This document shows positions 39,901-47,727 of a DNA stretch of 64,000 nt, in pieces. Location of the stretch: positions 1 through 64,000 of the IMG/VR virus record IMGVR_UViG_3300023273_000760; one strand, 5' to 3'. Below the pieces are notes generated by a model. The model saw only the letters and a program-made list of their open reading frames with translations, searched no databases and was not told where the DNA came from. Position numbers and translations under genes: made by a program. Position 1 is the first letter of the stretch. Each line of letters begins with the position of its first letter. Source of the DNA: a virus.

Positions 39901-42885
39901 GGTTCTCCAGGAGATAACGGAACAGTTGCTAAAGCAAGTGCAGTTATTGGAGATTCAAATTTACGTGCTACACACTTAGCCGTTAAGTTTGATAGAGTAA
40001 CTGGTGCGTTCTTTATAACAACACTTGATGAAACAGAAACATTTACTGGAACAGGCGGAAGATATAAATTTACTTTAAAATGGCCAGTAGATTTAAGAAC
40101 AAATAAAATTAAAATTACTATCGGAGACGACGAAATACTGTCAAGAGATTATACTATTACTAATGTTAATGACAGTAATGGTAGAACACATGATAGAAAA
40201 ATAGGCCAAATTGTTTTTAATACTCCTCCTGCTAATAACAAAACTATAACAATTGAGTATTTTAAAGATATATCATTATTAACTGCGGCAGATAGAATTA
40301 ACTTATTCTACAATCCAACTACAGGACAGTTAGCAAATGACTTAGGGCAATTACTTGACGGCATTGACTACGGTGGTGTTCAAGTTAAGAGTTTCAACTT
40401 TGGCGGTGGCTCGGGTTGGAGTGCAGATTCGTGGTTTACTTCTGCATATGATACATATGATAATACATATGAAGATGAAGTATTCCGTTTAAGTGATGAC
40501 AGTACAAAAATTTACGACTTTGCTAAAGCATTAGAAACAGGTATTGAATATAATGTTTATAAAAATGGTATAAGAATTGATGATCCTAACTTTGGAACAG
40601 GAAATCCTGTTACAAATCCAAATGCAATCATCCAAAGTATTACTGGAGCAAGCCAAACAGGATTTATTTTAACTGATGATGGTACTATTGTTGAGTCTAC
40701 GGTAATCAAATTTGATGAAGAGATTTTACCAACACAATCAGGCGATGTAATTGTTATTCGCAAAAATACATCAGACGGTTCGTTTATTCCTGATCCAAGA
40801 GCATATGATACATTAATTACCGGCGGTGACTTAGCATATGCAACTGCTTCAGGTATAAATCCAGAAGATATTGTTATCGACGGTGACGGATTTGTTACAC
40901 CTACAACATCTAAAGGACCAGAGGAACTTATTCCTGGACAAGTTCTTGATACATTAGATATTAAAGTATACGATAGAGTTGGTGAAGGCGGAAGTAGAAT
41001 TGAAAGTGTAGCATATGTTGGAGATAATGTTACAAAGATATTTAACTATGATGGTCAACCACAAAGTAAGTTTGCTATTTTTGTTAAAGTAAACAACATT
41101 GTTAGAACAGATTATACAGTAGATTATAAAAACAAAACAATAACATTTACTTCAGCACCAGCAATTAATAGTTCTGTAAACATTATTACAATGAGCGGCA
41201 ATGGTGAGGAAATATTAGATCTAGATACATTTACTGGAGACGGCTCAACAATTCAATTCCTTACAAGAGTTGACTGGAAAGATGAACTTAACAGTTTAAT
41301 CACAGTTAATGGCGAGAAAGTTGATTATATTTTAGAAACAACAGACAGTTCATATGATACTGCTAACAAAGTTGCAATTACATTTGGTCAAGCACCGGCT
41401 GAAGGTGCAGTAATTAATTATGGAATTTATGCAAGTAACGCACAAACATTTAGTGAAATTAAAACTGATAATATTAGATCAGATGGAAGTACATCAACAT
41501 ATGAATTAAGTTTAACTCCATTTAGTAGTTTACCAGCAAGTCATAACTTAATTGTTAGAGTTGGTGATAACATTCTTAACGCAGGATACAACGAATCATT
41601 TATTATTGATGACAGAGTAGAATATGCATTACGTAACTGGCAACAACCAGGCGGTACATTAGGTGCTAATGATATCTTAGTATTATTGAACGGCGTAGAA
41701 CTTACATATACTATAGATTATATTTTCCGTCCTGCAAACTCTAGTGTTGAAATTTTTGAAAACGTTAAAGTTCCTGGAGCAAGACTAGATGTGTATGTAA
41801 CTGTTGACGGAGAATACACAGTAAGTGGAAATACAATTACACTTAACACAGTTCCACCTGAAGACGAAATTTTTAGAGTAACACATTTTAGTAGACACGA
41901 TATTCAAGAAATTGATCGTAAAAATTATGACATTGTAACAAGAACTACACTAAACTTTGAAAGTGCTGGCGATATTGAATACAATCATTTGAAAGCAGGT
42001 CTAATTAAACTTGAGAGACAAACTATTGATGCTGAGTATGTTTGGATTATTGTTAATGGAAAGATTCAAACACCTAGTGTTGATTATAAAGTAACAAATG
42101 ACAGATTCTTTGTGCGTATGGCAACACCGTTAAATGAAAACGATGCTGTTGAAGTAATTCAGTTTGCTGAATCAGGACCAACAGTTTCTAAGTTTGGATT
42201 TAGACAATTTAAAGATATGTTGAATAGAACAGTTTATAAACGTTTAGGTGATGTGAATAAGTATAGACTACAAGCAGATTTAAAACAGTTTGACAAAGAA
42301 ATTTTAGTTGAAAACGGTGAAACCATGTTTATACCTGATAAAGCCAATAATGTTCCAGGTGTTATATTTGTTAACGGCGAGCGTATTGAATATATGGTTA
42401 AAGACGGTAACAGTTTACAACAGTTACGTAGAGGTACATTAGGTACAGGTGTTAGAGACATTCATAATGTAGGAGACGAGTTGTTTGATCAGGGATTCCA
42501 ACAAACAATTCCATACCAAGATAAAACATTAGTTAATACATATGAAGGTGATGGCACTACATCAGAATTTACACTAGATTGGACTCCGGCTAGTGTTAAT
42601 GAATTTGAAGTATTTGTTGGTGGCAAGCGTCAACGCAAGAATGCTATGTATATGTTTGACCCAACGGTTGATCAAGATTCACCAGAAGGTGACGTATTGC
42701 AACCAGCGCAATATAGCATTTTAGGTAATACAATGACGCTATTAACTGCACCAGCAGATGGAGTTCGAATAACAGTAATTAGAAGGGTTGGAAAAGTATG
42801 GAATGACCCTGGAAAAACACTAGGTAAGACAGAAAATGCTATCGCACAGTTCTTAAGAGCGGAAGAGGTTGACTTACCTAAATAA
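27997..42885 (+). CDS. Giant baseplate wedge/adhesin protein (gp7 position, 4962 aa)
   Basis: Uninterrupted ORF after gp6; FVNFREYYW, beta-propeller-like FGSS.AVS.DGK repeats, I.(N/D).G.GY repeats, GDG(S/T)T repeats, VKPY.TK. Confidence 0.75.
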   Translation: MAFENDQNEFPIQPGDNENEKRTSLQHLPRYFRTVANKKFLNSTLDQLMQPGEIEKISSYFGRRDAKAFRPDDNYIDDVNSDRENYQLEPSVVIKDQFNNVDFYKDYNDFINQLSAFGNSNTNHSKINAQEYYAWNPHIDWDKFVNFREYYWLPAGPQVLPIYGQNKEIVSTFKVTIEENDDNVAYKFTPTGLTQNPTLKLYKGQTYIFEVDTPGYPIAFATNRAFTPGQAIVTETVEGVIAPGKFEAELYDFDGYDTGEYIVEPVEGGIEGFTQGDNISTLWTDGIESATVFVEKGKIKFTVPLDAPDKLFYISKDDVNTSGLINIFNILENTEINVEEEILQKKTYQTRTDVELSNGMLVEFLGDVTPAKYAQGTWYVEGVGDSINLIAKSDLEITGPYSESVFVPFDSDNFDKLPFGQALNYPKDKDYITINRAAIDGNPWTRHNRWFHRSVIETVARENGTPIDIDQSARATRPIIEFDAGLRLYNFGSKFKTNVDLIDDKTIDVFSLIEGSIGYNIDGIDLADGLRILFTADPDQRVNGKIYKVKFIDHNSIRQIALQEESDTDPLTNETVLIKAGIENQGKIYWYNGTKWIKAQEKISANQPPYFNLYSSSDENFDSYISTTFKGTKLFSYKVGTGTNDSVLGFPLSYRNIENSGDILFNFDLLNDEFTYQVNQVQYTQKTDTTTLRKYTDLNTYENVSGWKKATTESQQKVIRQYVVEGQKNNFAIDVYNRSGDLNELEVSVWVNNERRADWEINRENGVAYITFTNDLTTGDNIILRCTSEADKNSNGKYEFPINLQNNPLNQNIVNFTYGEVNDHVNSIIENVNEFSGVFPGVSNLRDLGQLSEYGTKFTQHSGALPLAIYHITNKDFNMVKAIRYARKEYAKFKRSFINIASNLGIDGSARTLVDKIIEKWQSDKSKQSAFYWTDMIGNGAKKVREFNVVDTGNRFYSLTTPFSLLDISAKAVYVYKNDQQLMHSVDYTFTDEGFIRLEDSLEIAVNDVITIYEYESTDASYIPPTPTKLGLWPLHFPVKYTDNTYRTPQVVIKGHDGSIIKAYGDYRDDVILELEKRIYNNIKVQYDKDIFDIDSFVGHRSRETQFTKNNIDDIIITDFIEWLSIAGDPDYTDFSFYDREDSFTWNYSIMSDPDGKPLNGFWRSVYNEYLSTDTPNTTPWKILGFVEMPTWWTEVYGPAPYTKENLILWEDLEVGRVREPNKPIRYRPNYARKDLTKYVPVNSQGQLVSPYESGYARGLIAPDTNKAFVFGDEAPTETAWRRSSELPFALINAWLICQPAKVIGTGFDRARIVRSAANELIYNTSNKRLTPTDIIFPNTAESQTRVTTAGLVNYMFNYINADVTKLNETYSEQVKTIGVQLGFKMGGFSTPAKFKLLLDSRTPSNKGNVFIPEENYKIFFNVSTPIDTVSYSGVIIEKNASGFVVKGYDRSRPYFLYNKPIDRASDPVVNIGGVSEPFLEWQNGEQYRVGQIVRNGDNFFRVKVTHTGAGFNLDNFTRLAELPIEGGVEGVIRRNFELDATQLKYGTLMRTPQEVIDFLLGYGQWLEYKGFSFDNFNREIETIENWELSAREFLFWTTQNWSSGALLTLSPSASNLKFSKDYAVVDNIFDNFYDYTLLKADGQKLSENFANTIRTNQNEFGLKLKNTADGIYFLKLPLVQKEHVVLIDNTTVFNDTIYSPASGYRQARIKGVGYRTSGWNGSFDVPGFTYNDVRIKDWEENTDYAIADIVKHKTFYYSAKKKIPGSLNFDDTEWYRLPQEPKSELIPNFDYKANQFADFYDLDTDNFDSEQQRIAQHLIGYQKRQYLENIIPDPVSQYKFYQGFIQDKGTQNSLSKLFDALSNTENSSLEFFEEWAFKVGQYGASGGFEEVEYLIDESKMRLQPQPFQLVQNIDPQATDLVYRYAKNDVYSKPENYNHTPFPTKDLSDSDSYIKTAGYVAEDDIDFKFTNYDSILDFSVKSVSVGQYVWVSKRGQSWDVLRQTETPFKVKSIINSDSSSSIEIELNRVPQFEKDDIIGVLGTIPDSERFYKVKRVSLNIVYAETTGEVPDVPEANGFLVKLNSVRVPSLTDVNAVVTRDNYSANERVWVDSDEVNRWTVLENTNNYKLNQKSYNATLDGVFGSDTRRFGSSISANDINTVVAVGVPNPTNTSLGRVDIHYRAAENLNMIQSQVLDCPPNLFTGGESFGSSTAVSTDGKFIVVGIPYAGNVKTTYKGTFDPVSTYQQDDIVQYTNQFWKAKTTVFPSDDSLAYPSFASHVNAVVGTDDDGVYDNLWLILRGNFTFQEEVTDHVLIRAQSVQYEGSAVGDKLQLIWNSKNTRYPSGVNPFNDSNILSSDFFTGEHIIEEKVDDILLVDNTQAIPDIGETISSDIALGIVVYKYTTGDNRTLIYVNETNGDFADEGTLTVGDINIGSYERAVQQPNDDLAGWWKIPVGQTFNVTQTIETKPYLIVQDIIKQAEVRTVNYWENVYNIVDDADPGVPSYIETLTWNSEAGYEISDKWVFRLPKTLENDITAPNDEFQFWFNEYRNADGIVQEPSVIAPELDHDYLNRTTHRVYDIWDGWANVNLTNFDNSGSPTPGDPDYNPNYGNPYIPVVGDIVRDNDTLATGEVMYVEKVFNNLRLFLRNTTGTWKKGSEFGNISSLSIVEGSQGAGTIRLVGTTIGVYLTNNTVGPLIVIDRGENLTPGSTRTLQNFEYWVYKQTVIQGSPREANPPSLSNNDWTRVYNIPVTETGIASGLVRQGAYAVYERNASNFYVLTNVYTMPDSTNYKHLGATIDLITRPDGSRAIYISSKGNNTFAEPGRINIINYDESLGWQLGSDENYRGEHDPTITYYEGEYVKYAEEIYQATTNVLPRAFNLADWVLVETGVDLNGYIPNNTGFIVGNDSALETSNLLQFGSNYDVSKNGHVLASVVKYGDQVDSALSTPKLAIYRLINGQFLWDQLVDSEKVDINYGSSVAVSDDGKFIAVGATNWSTTYTNAGAVYLYESIHGTFSLVQTLTGPKGLPNEKFGSKVKFSGDRLVITSSGGDSTSITEFDANLTLFDNGTTLFNTTLTDTGEIFVFELTGNRYVYADKIKNSDPNVVYFGEVLAVSNNHIYAGLPTYLNEEENSSPGAVFDYRSPSTGKLWTRKRQARPVVDVNKIKSVSIYNKQTNVVDEYLDYIDPLQGKIAGPAEVELSYKTTYDPASYNIVDDSVVGVVKDATIFNTVDIVGKLWWDIDAVRFINPYSNTGNIFSVTNQFNTIFPGTEVEIYEWVETTLLPSEWDEDADTEEGLTRGISGKSKYGDSVYSTRRVYDEPAQKFTNYNYFWVRNKKTVPDVPGRSISGADVQELIRDPNGQGYKYVNLLRDNEWALHNLGSSITGKDSVIKFSYWTIDNLEQNIHNQYNIITDGLGTSIPKSDLEEKWFDSLIGFDKQGREIPDRQLGNQDKYGVLNNPRQTMFVNRVEALKQAIERVNIVLKQNVLIDDFDLSDLDSNDPKPTLASRLYDLTIDTDLELQYVSVSKVRTAQLNATIIDGKLIRVDIVDGGRGYKTNPTVEFVTTAGENAEVALEINSIGSVISATVINQGSNYSSTDVITVRKFSVLVNTDTSYANRWSVYEYVGGNYPWNRIISQSYDVRDYWSYDNWYAEGYNELTKADFVIDETYELESLDDVYGQIVKINNVGSGGWLLLRKIDEQVNVDYTINYETIGRENATVQLSKALYDYSDELVGYDSFGYDDSAFDLIPVQELRIILSSLRDKIFVDDLAIHYNELFFAQMRYILSEQPFIDWAFKTSFVKAKHNVGKLRKDITFNNDFLESYEEYVKEVKPYKTKIREYLSTYEGDDNTQTIVTDFDLPPYYSDARGKIVPVDTRVVNDTVQVNGITSYPQKHWLENVSFKIKEINIYEAGSGYLNAPSVEISGGGGTGAVAEAYIGKNGSISEIRITNPGTGYISAPTITLNGSPGDNGTVAKASAVIGDSNLRATHLAVKFDRVTGAFFITTLDETETFTGTGGRYKFTLKWPVDLRTNKIKITIGDDEILSRDYTITNVNDSNGRTHDRKIGQIVFNTPPANNKTITIEYFKDISLLTAADRINLFYNPTTGQLANDLGQLLDGIDYGGVQVKSFNFGGGSGWSADSWFTSAYDTYDNTYEDEVFRLSDDSTKIYDFAKALETGIEYNVYKNGIRIDDPNFGTGNPVTNPNAIIQSITGASQTGFILTDDGTIVESTVIKFDEEILPTQSGDVIVIRKNTSDGSFIPDPRAYDTLITGGDLAYATASGINPEDIVIDGDGFVTPTTSKGPEELIPGQVLDTLDIKVYDRVGEGGSRIESVAYVGDNVTKIFNYDGQPQSKFAIFVKVNNIVRTDYTVDYKNKTITFTSAPAINSSVNIITMSGNGEEILDLDTFTGDGSTIQFLTRVDWKDELNSLITVNGEKVDYILETTDSSYDTANKVAITFGQAPAEGAVINYGIYASNAQTFSEIKTDNIRSDGSTSTYELSLTPFSSLPASHNLIVRVGDNILNAGYNESFIIDDRVEYALRNWQQPGGTLGANDILVLLNGVELTYTIDYIFRPANSSVEIFENVKVPGARLDVYVTVDGEYTVSGNTITLNTVPPEDEIFRVTHFSRHDIQEIDRKNYDIVTRTTLNFESAGDIEYNHLKAGLIKLERQTIDAEYVWIIVNGKIQTPSVDYKVTNDRFFVRMATPLNENDAVEVIQFAESGPTVSKFGFRQFKDMLNRTVYKRLGDVNKYRLQADLKQFDKEILVENGETMFIPDKANNVPGVIFVNGERIEYMVKDGNSLQQLRRGTLGTGVRDIHNVGDELFDQGFQQTIPYQDKTLVNTYEGDGTTSEFTLDWTPASVNEFEVFVGGKRQRKNAMYMFDPTVDQDSPEGDVLQPAQYSILGNTMTLLTAPADGVRITVIRRVGKVWNDPGKTLGKTENAIAQFLRAEEVDLPK

Positions 42886-42888
42886 ATA
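42881..42888 (+). promoter_or_regulatory. Late promoter box (AATAAATA)
   Basis: Upstream of AGGA RBS and ATG 42907. Confidence 0.55.
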
Positions 42889-42906
42889 CAATGTAGGAAA
42901 ACACAA

Positions 42907-43521
42907 ATGACAGATAATTTATTAGATAAAAACGGAGTGTTAGTGCAGGGTCATATTAAGATATATAACCCCGAGACTAGCGAAATTTACATTGATAAGC
43001 GCAATGCAATTCACTATGAGAATATGAGTATTGCACTTGCTGAATCATTGGCCAACGCAGGACAGGGATTTGTATACGAAATGGCATTTGGGAACGGTGG
43101 TACTAGTGTTGATCCTACAGGCATTATTACATACTTAACACCAAATAGCACTGGTACAAATGCTTCATTATACAACCAAACTTATAAAAAGGTTGTTGAT
43201 GACAGATCAGCAAATAACGTAGATCCAAATAGAAACAAAATTGAAACACGACACGTTACAGGCACTAGTTATACAGATATCTTAGTAAGTTGTTTGTTAG
43301 ACTACGGTGAACCAAACGGGCAAGAAGCAAACGATACTGCTACTAATACAGAAAGTTCATTTGTATTTGACGAACTAGGATTAGTAAGTTATAGTCCAAC
43401 TGGTGACGGCAAACTTCTTACACACGTTATTTTCCATCCTGTACAAAAGTCGTTAAACAGATTAATTCAAATTGATTATACAGTTAGAGTACAATCATTA
43501 ACTGGTTTTAACGAGGGGTAA
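42907..43521 (+). CDS. Baseplate/tail structural protein (gp8 position)
   Basis: MAFGNGG, FDELGL, LLTHVIFHPVQK; lies between wedge and fibre genes. Confidence 0.55.
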   Translation: MTDNLLDKNGVLVQGHIKIYNPETSEIYIDKRNAIHYENMSIALAESLANAGQGFVYEMAFGNGGTSVDPTGIITYLTPNSTGTNASLYNQTYKKVVDDRSANNVDPNRNKIETRHVTGTSYTDILVSCLLDYGEPNGQEANDTATNTESSFVFDELGLVSYSPTGDGKLLTHVIFHPVQKSLNRLIQIDYTVRVQSLTGFNEG

Positions 43522-43525
43522 TTAG

Positions 43526-45595
43526 ATGGCATATACTATTAACTACACTGACATTACTAATAAAGGTAGTATAGTCATTGAGGATAACACAGTTGATACG
43601 TCAACTAGTTTAAGTATCCCAGGAAGATTTACTACTGATTACGGTACGTTAATTGGTCAAAACTTTTTACAACTATTAGAAAACTTTTCAAATACAACAG
43701 CACCACAAAGACCAGTAGAAGGTCAGTTATGGTATGATACATCTATCGGTGTTAACATTCTTAAAATTTATGACGGCACTAACTGGATTGAAGCCGGAGG
43801 ATTAAAAAGAGGTGAGTCAGCACCAGATGTTGCTAATTCAGTTGCTGGAGATTTATGGGCAGATACAGACAATCAACAGTTATATTTGTATACAGGTTCA
43901 GGTTGGATTTTAGTTGGTCCAGAATTTAGTGACGGTTTAGCCGCAGGTGTTCGACCTTCAACATTAACAGGAACAGACAACGTTAATTATACAGCACTTA
44001 AAGTTGAAATAGGCGGCAAAGTACTTGCCATTTATGCTACAAGTGCATTTACTCCAAAGGCAACAATACAAGGATTTAGTTCGCTGAAGGCAGGCTTTAA
44101 TATGAGTTCTGCTGATATTACTGGCGCTGGTGTTGCAAAGTATTACGGTATTGCAGAAAAAGCAGAAAGTTTAATTATTGCTGGAGAGGCTAACCCTGTT
44201 TCAGCAGAAAATTTCTTAAGAGGCGATAAAGAGTCAATTTCTTCTAAAGGATTAATTATTAGAAATAACTCAGGTGTACAAGTTGGAAGTGATGCAGTTG
44301 TTCAAATTGGTATTGAAGGACAGAATGCAATTATTTCAAATAATACTTCTGGTGCAAACATTGACTTAAGAATTAATAATGCAGGTAACCTACAACCTGT
44401 TATCAGAATTGACTCAACACAAAAAGTTGGTATTAATAACTTATCACCAGCAGAAGCATTAGACGTAACTGGTAATGCTATTATTAGTAACAACCTTATT
44501 ATTAATGGAATTGCAGAAGCAGTTAATATTTCAACAGGTGCTATTACAACAAAAGGCGGACTTGGTGTTGCTAAGAGTGCAAGGATTGGAAATGAATTAG
44601 AAGTAGGATCAACCGCAACGTTTGGCGGATCACTACTTCCAGATACATCAAACACAAGAAGCATTGGATCTGCAATATTAAAATTTGCAGAAGTTAATGC
44701 AAATACTTTTAAAGGTAACTTAGTAGGTAATGTAACTGGAACAGTTACAGGACGTTCAGGAAGTTCAGATAAACTTGCTTCAAGAACAACATTCCAAGTT
44801 ACAGGTGACGTAACTGCTCCGAACATTATTTTTGACGGACAGTATACAGCACCAGGCGAAACTACACTAGTTAAAACATTTGATATTAGTGTTAATAGTA
44901 CATTTGTTACTAATAAGCCAAACGTTCCAACATCGAGATTTGATGACGAACTTTTAATTAATAGACTTAATGACGAAAATGGTAGCGGAACAGGTCTTAA
45001 AAAAATATCAAGAAGTAACTTGTTTAGTGCATTACCAGTTAATCCAGTTGGAATGATAGTTCCATATGCAGGAGATAACAGTACAGCATCAGATTTAAAT
45101 GGATGGTTATTATGTGACGGTAGAGAAGAATTTATTGTTGATTGGCCTCAATTGTATGAAATTATCGGAACAAAATATAAAGCAAATCCGGCGTTAGGTA
45201 AATTTGCATTACCAGACTTACGTGGTAGATTCCCGCTAGGCCAAGACAACATGGGTACACAACAAGGATCAGCAAATAGAGTTACTGATGCTAACGCTGA
45301 TACACTTGGCGGCACAGCAGGATTTGAAAAGAAACCAATTAAAGTTGAAAACTTACCAGAACACGAACACGATTTACGTGGACCAAGTGGTACACAATAT
45401 TACGTATCACGTGATGTTCAAGGTGCACCAGTAGATGCAGATGCTACAGTAGCCGATGCTCCAACAGGAACAAATGCAGGACAGAAGTTTCCATTCTCAG
45501 GAGGCGTGGTAAGTACAACAACAGTAGGACAAGATTTTGATATTATGAATCCTTACCTGGCTGTTAACTATCTAATTTACGCGGGGGCAAAATAA
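43526..45595 (+). CDS. Baseplate/short fibre protein with tail-collar domain
   Basis: PVGMIVPYAG...GWLLCDG...FALPDLRGRFPLG...NPYLAVNYLI; N-terminal LLENF/GQLWYD module. Confidence 0.8.
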   Translation: MAYTINYTDITNKGSIVIEDNTVDTSTSLSIPGRFTTDYGTLIGQNFLQLLENFSNTTAPQRPVEGQLWYDTSIGVNILKIYDGTNWIEAGGLKRGESAPDVANSVAGDLWADTDNQQLYLYTGSGWILVGPEFSDGLAAGVRPSTLTGTDNVNYTALKVEIGGKVLAIYATSAFTPKATIQGFSSLKAGFNMSSADITGAGVAKYYGIAEKAESLIIAGEANPVSAENFLRGDKESISSKGLIIRNNSGVQVGSDAVVQIGIEGQNAIISNNTSGANIDLRINNAGNLQPVIRIDSTQKVGINNLSPAEALDVTGNAIISNNLIINGIAEAVNISTGAITTKGGLGVAKSARIGNELEVGSTATFGGSLLPDTSNTRSIGSAILKFAEVNANTFKGNLVGNVTGTVTGRSGSSDKLASRTTFQVTGDVTAPNIIFDGQYTAPGETTLVKTFDISVNSTFVTNKPNVPTSRFDDELLINRLNDENGSGTGLKKISRSNLFSALPVNPVGMIVPYAGDNSTASDLNGWLLCDGREEFIVDWPQLYEIIGTKYKANPALGKFALPDLRGRFPLGQDNMGTQQGSANRVTDANADTLGGTAGFEKKPIKVENLPEHEHDLRGPSGTQYYVSRDVQGAPVDADATVADAPTGTNAGQKFPFSGGVVSTTTVGQDFDIMNPYLAVNYLIYAGAK

Positions 45596-47694
45596 TGGCA
45601 TATCAGATTAACAAAACGAATGGTGATTTATTAGTAGAACTAGTTGATGGACAACTTAATACACAAACAACAGATATTTCTCTAATTGGTCGTAACTATT
45701 CAGGCTTTGGTGAATCTATTAATGAAAACTTTGTCAAGATGTTGGAAAACTTTACCAACACACAAGCACCTGCTAATCCTTTAACTGGACAATTATGGTA
45801 CGACTCAAGCGAGTCACGTTTAAAATTATATGACGGCGCACAATTTAAAAGTGCCGGCGGACCTATTGTAAGTCCAACACAACCACAAATGGTTACAGGT
45901 GATCTTTGGATCGACAATTTAAACAACAAGTTATATTTCTATGATGGAACTGATTTAGTTCTTGTAGGACCTCCATATGCAAGTTCAGAAGGACTGTCGG
46001 GATTTTCAACCGAAACAGTTCTTGATAATACACAAAGTAACAGAACAATAGTAAAATTAAATGTAGGAGGTACAACAGAAGCAGTACTTTCTAATATTAG
46101 ATTTACTCCAGATTCAAGTAATACTATTAATGGCATTAACGGCGCAGTTGAAAAAGGAATTAATATAATTAATGACGATTTTAAATTCCACGGAACAGCA
46201 ACGTCAGCAGATACTATTATTAATGCACAAGGTATTAAGAAAAACGCATCACAGTTTTTACCTACAGATGCTAATGGTGTAACCAATGGAACAATTACTA
46301 CTATTAATAACGGTGGTATTACAATTGGTCCAGAAGATAATATTGTTATTAAAATTGTAAATAACCAAACATTAATTGAAAATACAGTTCGTGATAGAAA
46401 CTTAGAAATTAAAGTTAGAAAAGCAACAGGTTCCACAAGTGCAATTAAAGTTAATACTGCAAATAGTTATATAGGAATTTTTAATAATAATCCTCAAGCA
46501 ACATTAGACGTTGGCGGTGATGTAAAAATTGCCGGTAACCTAACTATATCTGGCGAAACATTCCAAACAGATGTAGAAAACATGAGGATTCAGGATAAAA
46601 ATATTGAACTTGCTATTGCAAGTGATAGTACATTATTAACAGATCCAGAAGTTGATAATGCTGGTTTTATTGTAAAAGCAACTCCGAACGATAAAGAGTT
46701 ACTTTGGAAAAATACAACTAATTCTTGGACATCAAATGTTTATTGGGATTCAGACCTAGGGTACAAGTTAAACGGTAACACAGTGTTTAGTGGTACAGAA
46801 ATGACTTACATTGCAAGTGCTCCTGATTTAACATCAGTTGGTACCCTTACTAACTTGAATGTAGATAATGTTAACATTAACGGAAACTTAATTTCATCAG
46901 TTGTACAACCTTTACAATTAACAAGTGCAACAGCAATTATTGAAATTGTTGATAGCAAAATAATTAGAGGATTAGGAACACCGGCACAAGATACAGATGC
47001 GGCAACAAAACTTTATGTTGATAATGCAATTGATAACGAAGGTGTAGTACTGGCATTAAACATTACTGGATTAGGATATGATCCAGCACAAGGTGGCGGA
47101 GCAACATTTGCGGCAAAAATTACAACATTGTTAGAAGAAATTGTTCCAGCAAGTACAAAGATTAATGGAGTTCAAGCAAAGATTCATGCAACAGATCAAA
47201 CATCAGCATCAGCATTGTTTACTGCAAGTGATCTAAACACTGCATTAGAAGAGTCAACAGTTGAAGTTGATCATACTGTTTCAGCAAGTTCAAATCTTAT
47301 TACGAGCATTATTAAAGGTACAACAACTACAATTACTACTAATGGTGTTCACAAATACACAGCAGGTAGACAAATTGATATTACAGGTGCTACAGTAAAT
47401 AGCGGTACACCTATGGCTTCGCTAACTGGAACATTTACAGTAGACAGTGTATTGTCAACTACTGAAGCAATTATTTCTGCAAACACAAGTGGTGAAGCAG
47501 GAACATACGATGCTAATTCAGCAACAGCAACTAGAGTTTCTGAAGTAGGTAATGAGAACGAAAGTGTACTTAAAGACGTAGAATTTAGTGATGTTAACGG
47601 TGCAGTTAGTTTAACTGTTTCAAGATACAAACTAATTTGTACAGTAAACGGGGGCGTATGGACTTATACTAGCGGACAAAGTTCTGCGGTATAA
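45595..47694 (+). CDS. Tail fibre-like protein (paralog 2)
   Basis: Same MAY.IN.T/ENF/GQLWYD N-terminal module; DAATKLYVD fibre motif. Confidence 0.75.
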   Translation: MAYQINKTNGDLLVELVDGQLNTQTTDISLIGRNYSGFGESINENFVKMLENFTNTQAPANPLTGQLWYDSSESRLKLYDGAQFKSAGGPIVSPTQPQMVTGDLWIDNLNNKLYFYDGTDLVLVGPPYASSEGLSGFSTETVLDNTQSNRTIVKLNVGGTTEAVLSNIRFTPDSSNTINGINGAVEKGINIINDDFKFHGTATSADTIINAQGIKKNASQFLPTDANGVTNGTITTINNGGITIGPEDNIVIKIVNNQTLIENTVRDRNLEIKVRKATGSTSAIKVNTANSYIGIFNNNPQATLDVGGDVKIAGNLTISGETFQTDVENMRIQDKNIELAIASDSTLLTDPEVDNAGFIVKATPNDKELLWKNTTNSWTSNVYWDSDLGYKLNGNTVFSGTEMTYIASAPDLTSVGTLTNLNVDNVNINGNLISSVVQPLQLTSATAIIEIVDSKIIRGLGTPAQDTDAATKLYVDNAIDNEGVVLALNITGLGYDPAQGGGATFAAKITTLLEEIVPASTKINGVQAKIHATDQTSASALFTASDLNTALEESTVEVDHTVSASSNLITSIIKGTTTTITTNGVHKYTAGRQIDITGATVNSGTPMASLTGTFTVDSVLSTTEAIISANTSGEAGTYDANSATATRVSEVGNENESVLKDVEFSDVNGAVSLTVSRYKLICTVNGGVWTYTSGQSSAV

Positions 47695-47695
47695 C

Positions 47696-47703
47696 GATAA
47701 ATA
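47696..47703 (+). promoter_or_regulatory. Late promoter box (GATAAATA)
   Basis: Intergenic, upstream of 47728. Confidence 0.55.
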
Positions 47704-47727
47704 TATACAATAAAGGGGTTAGAAACT

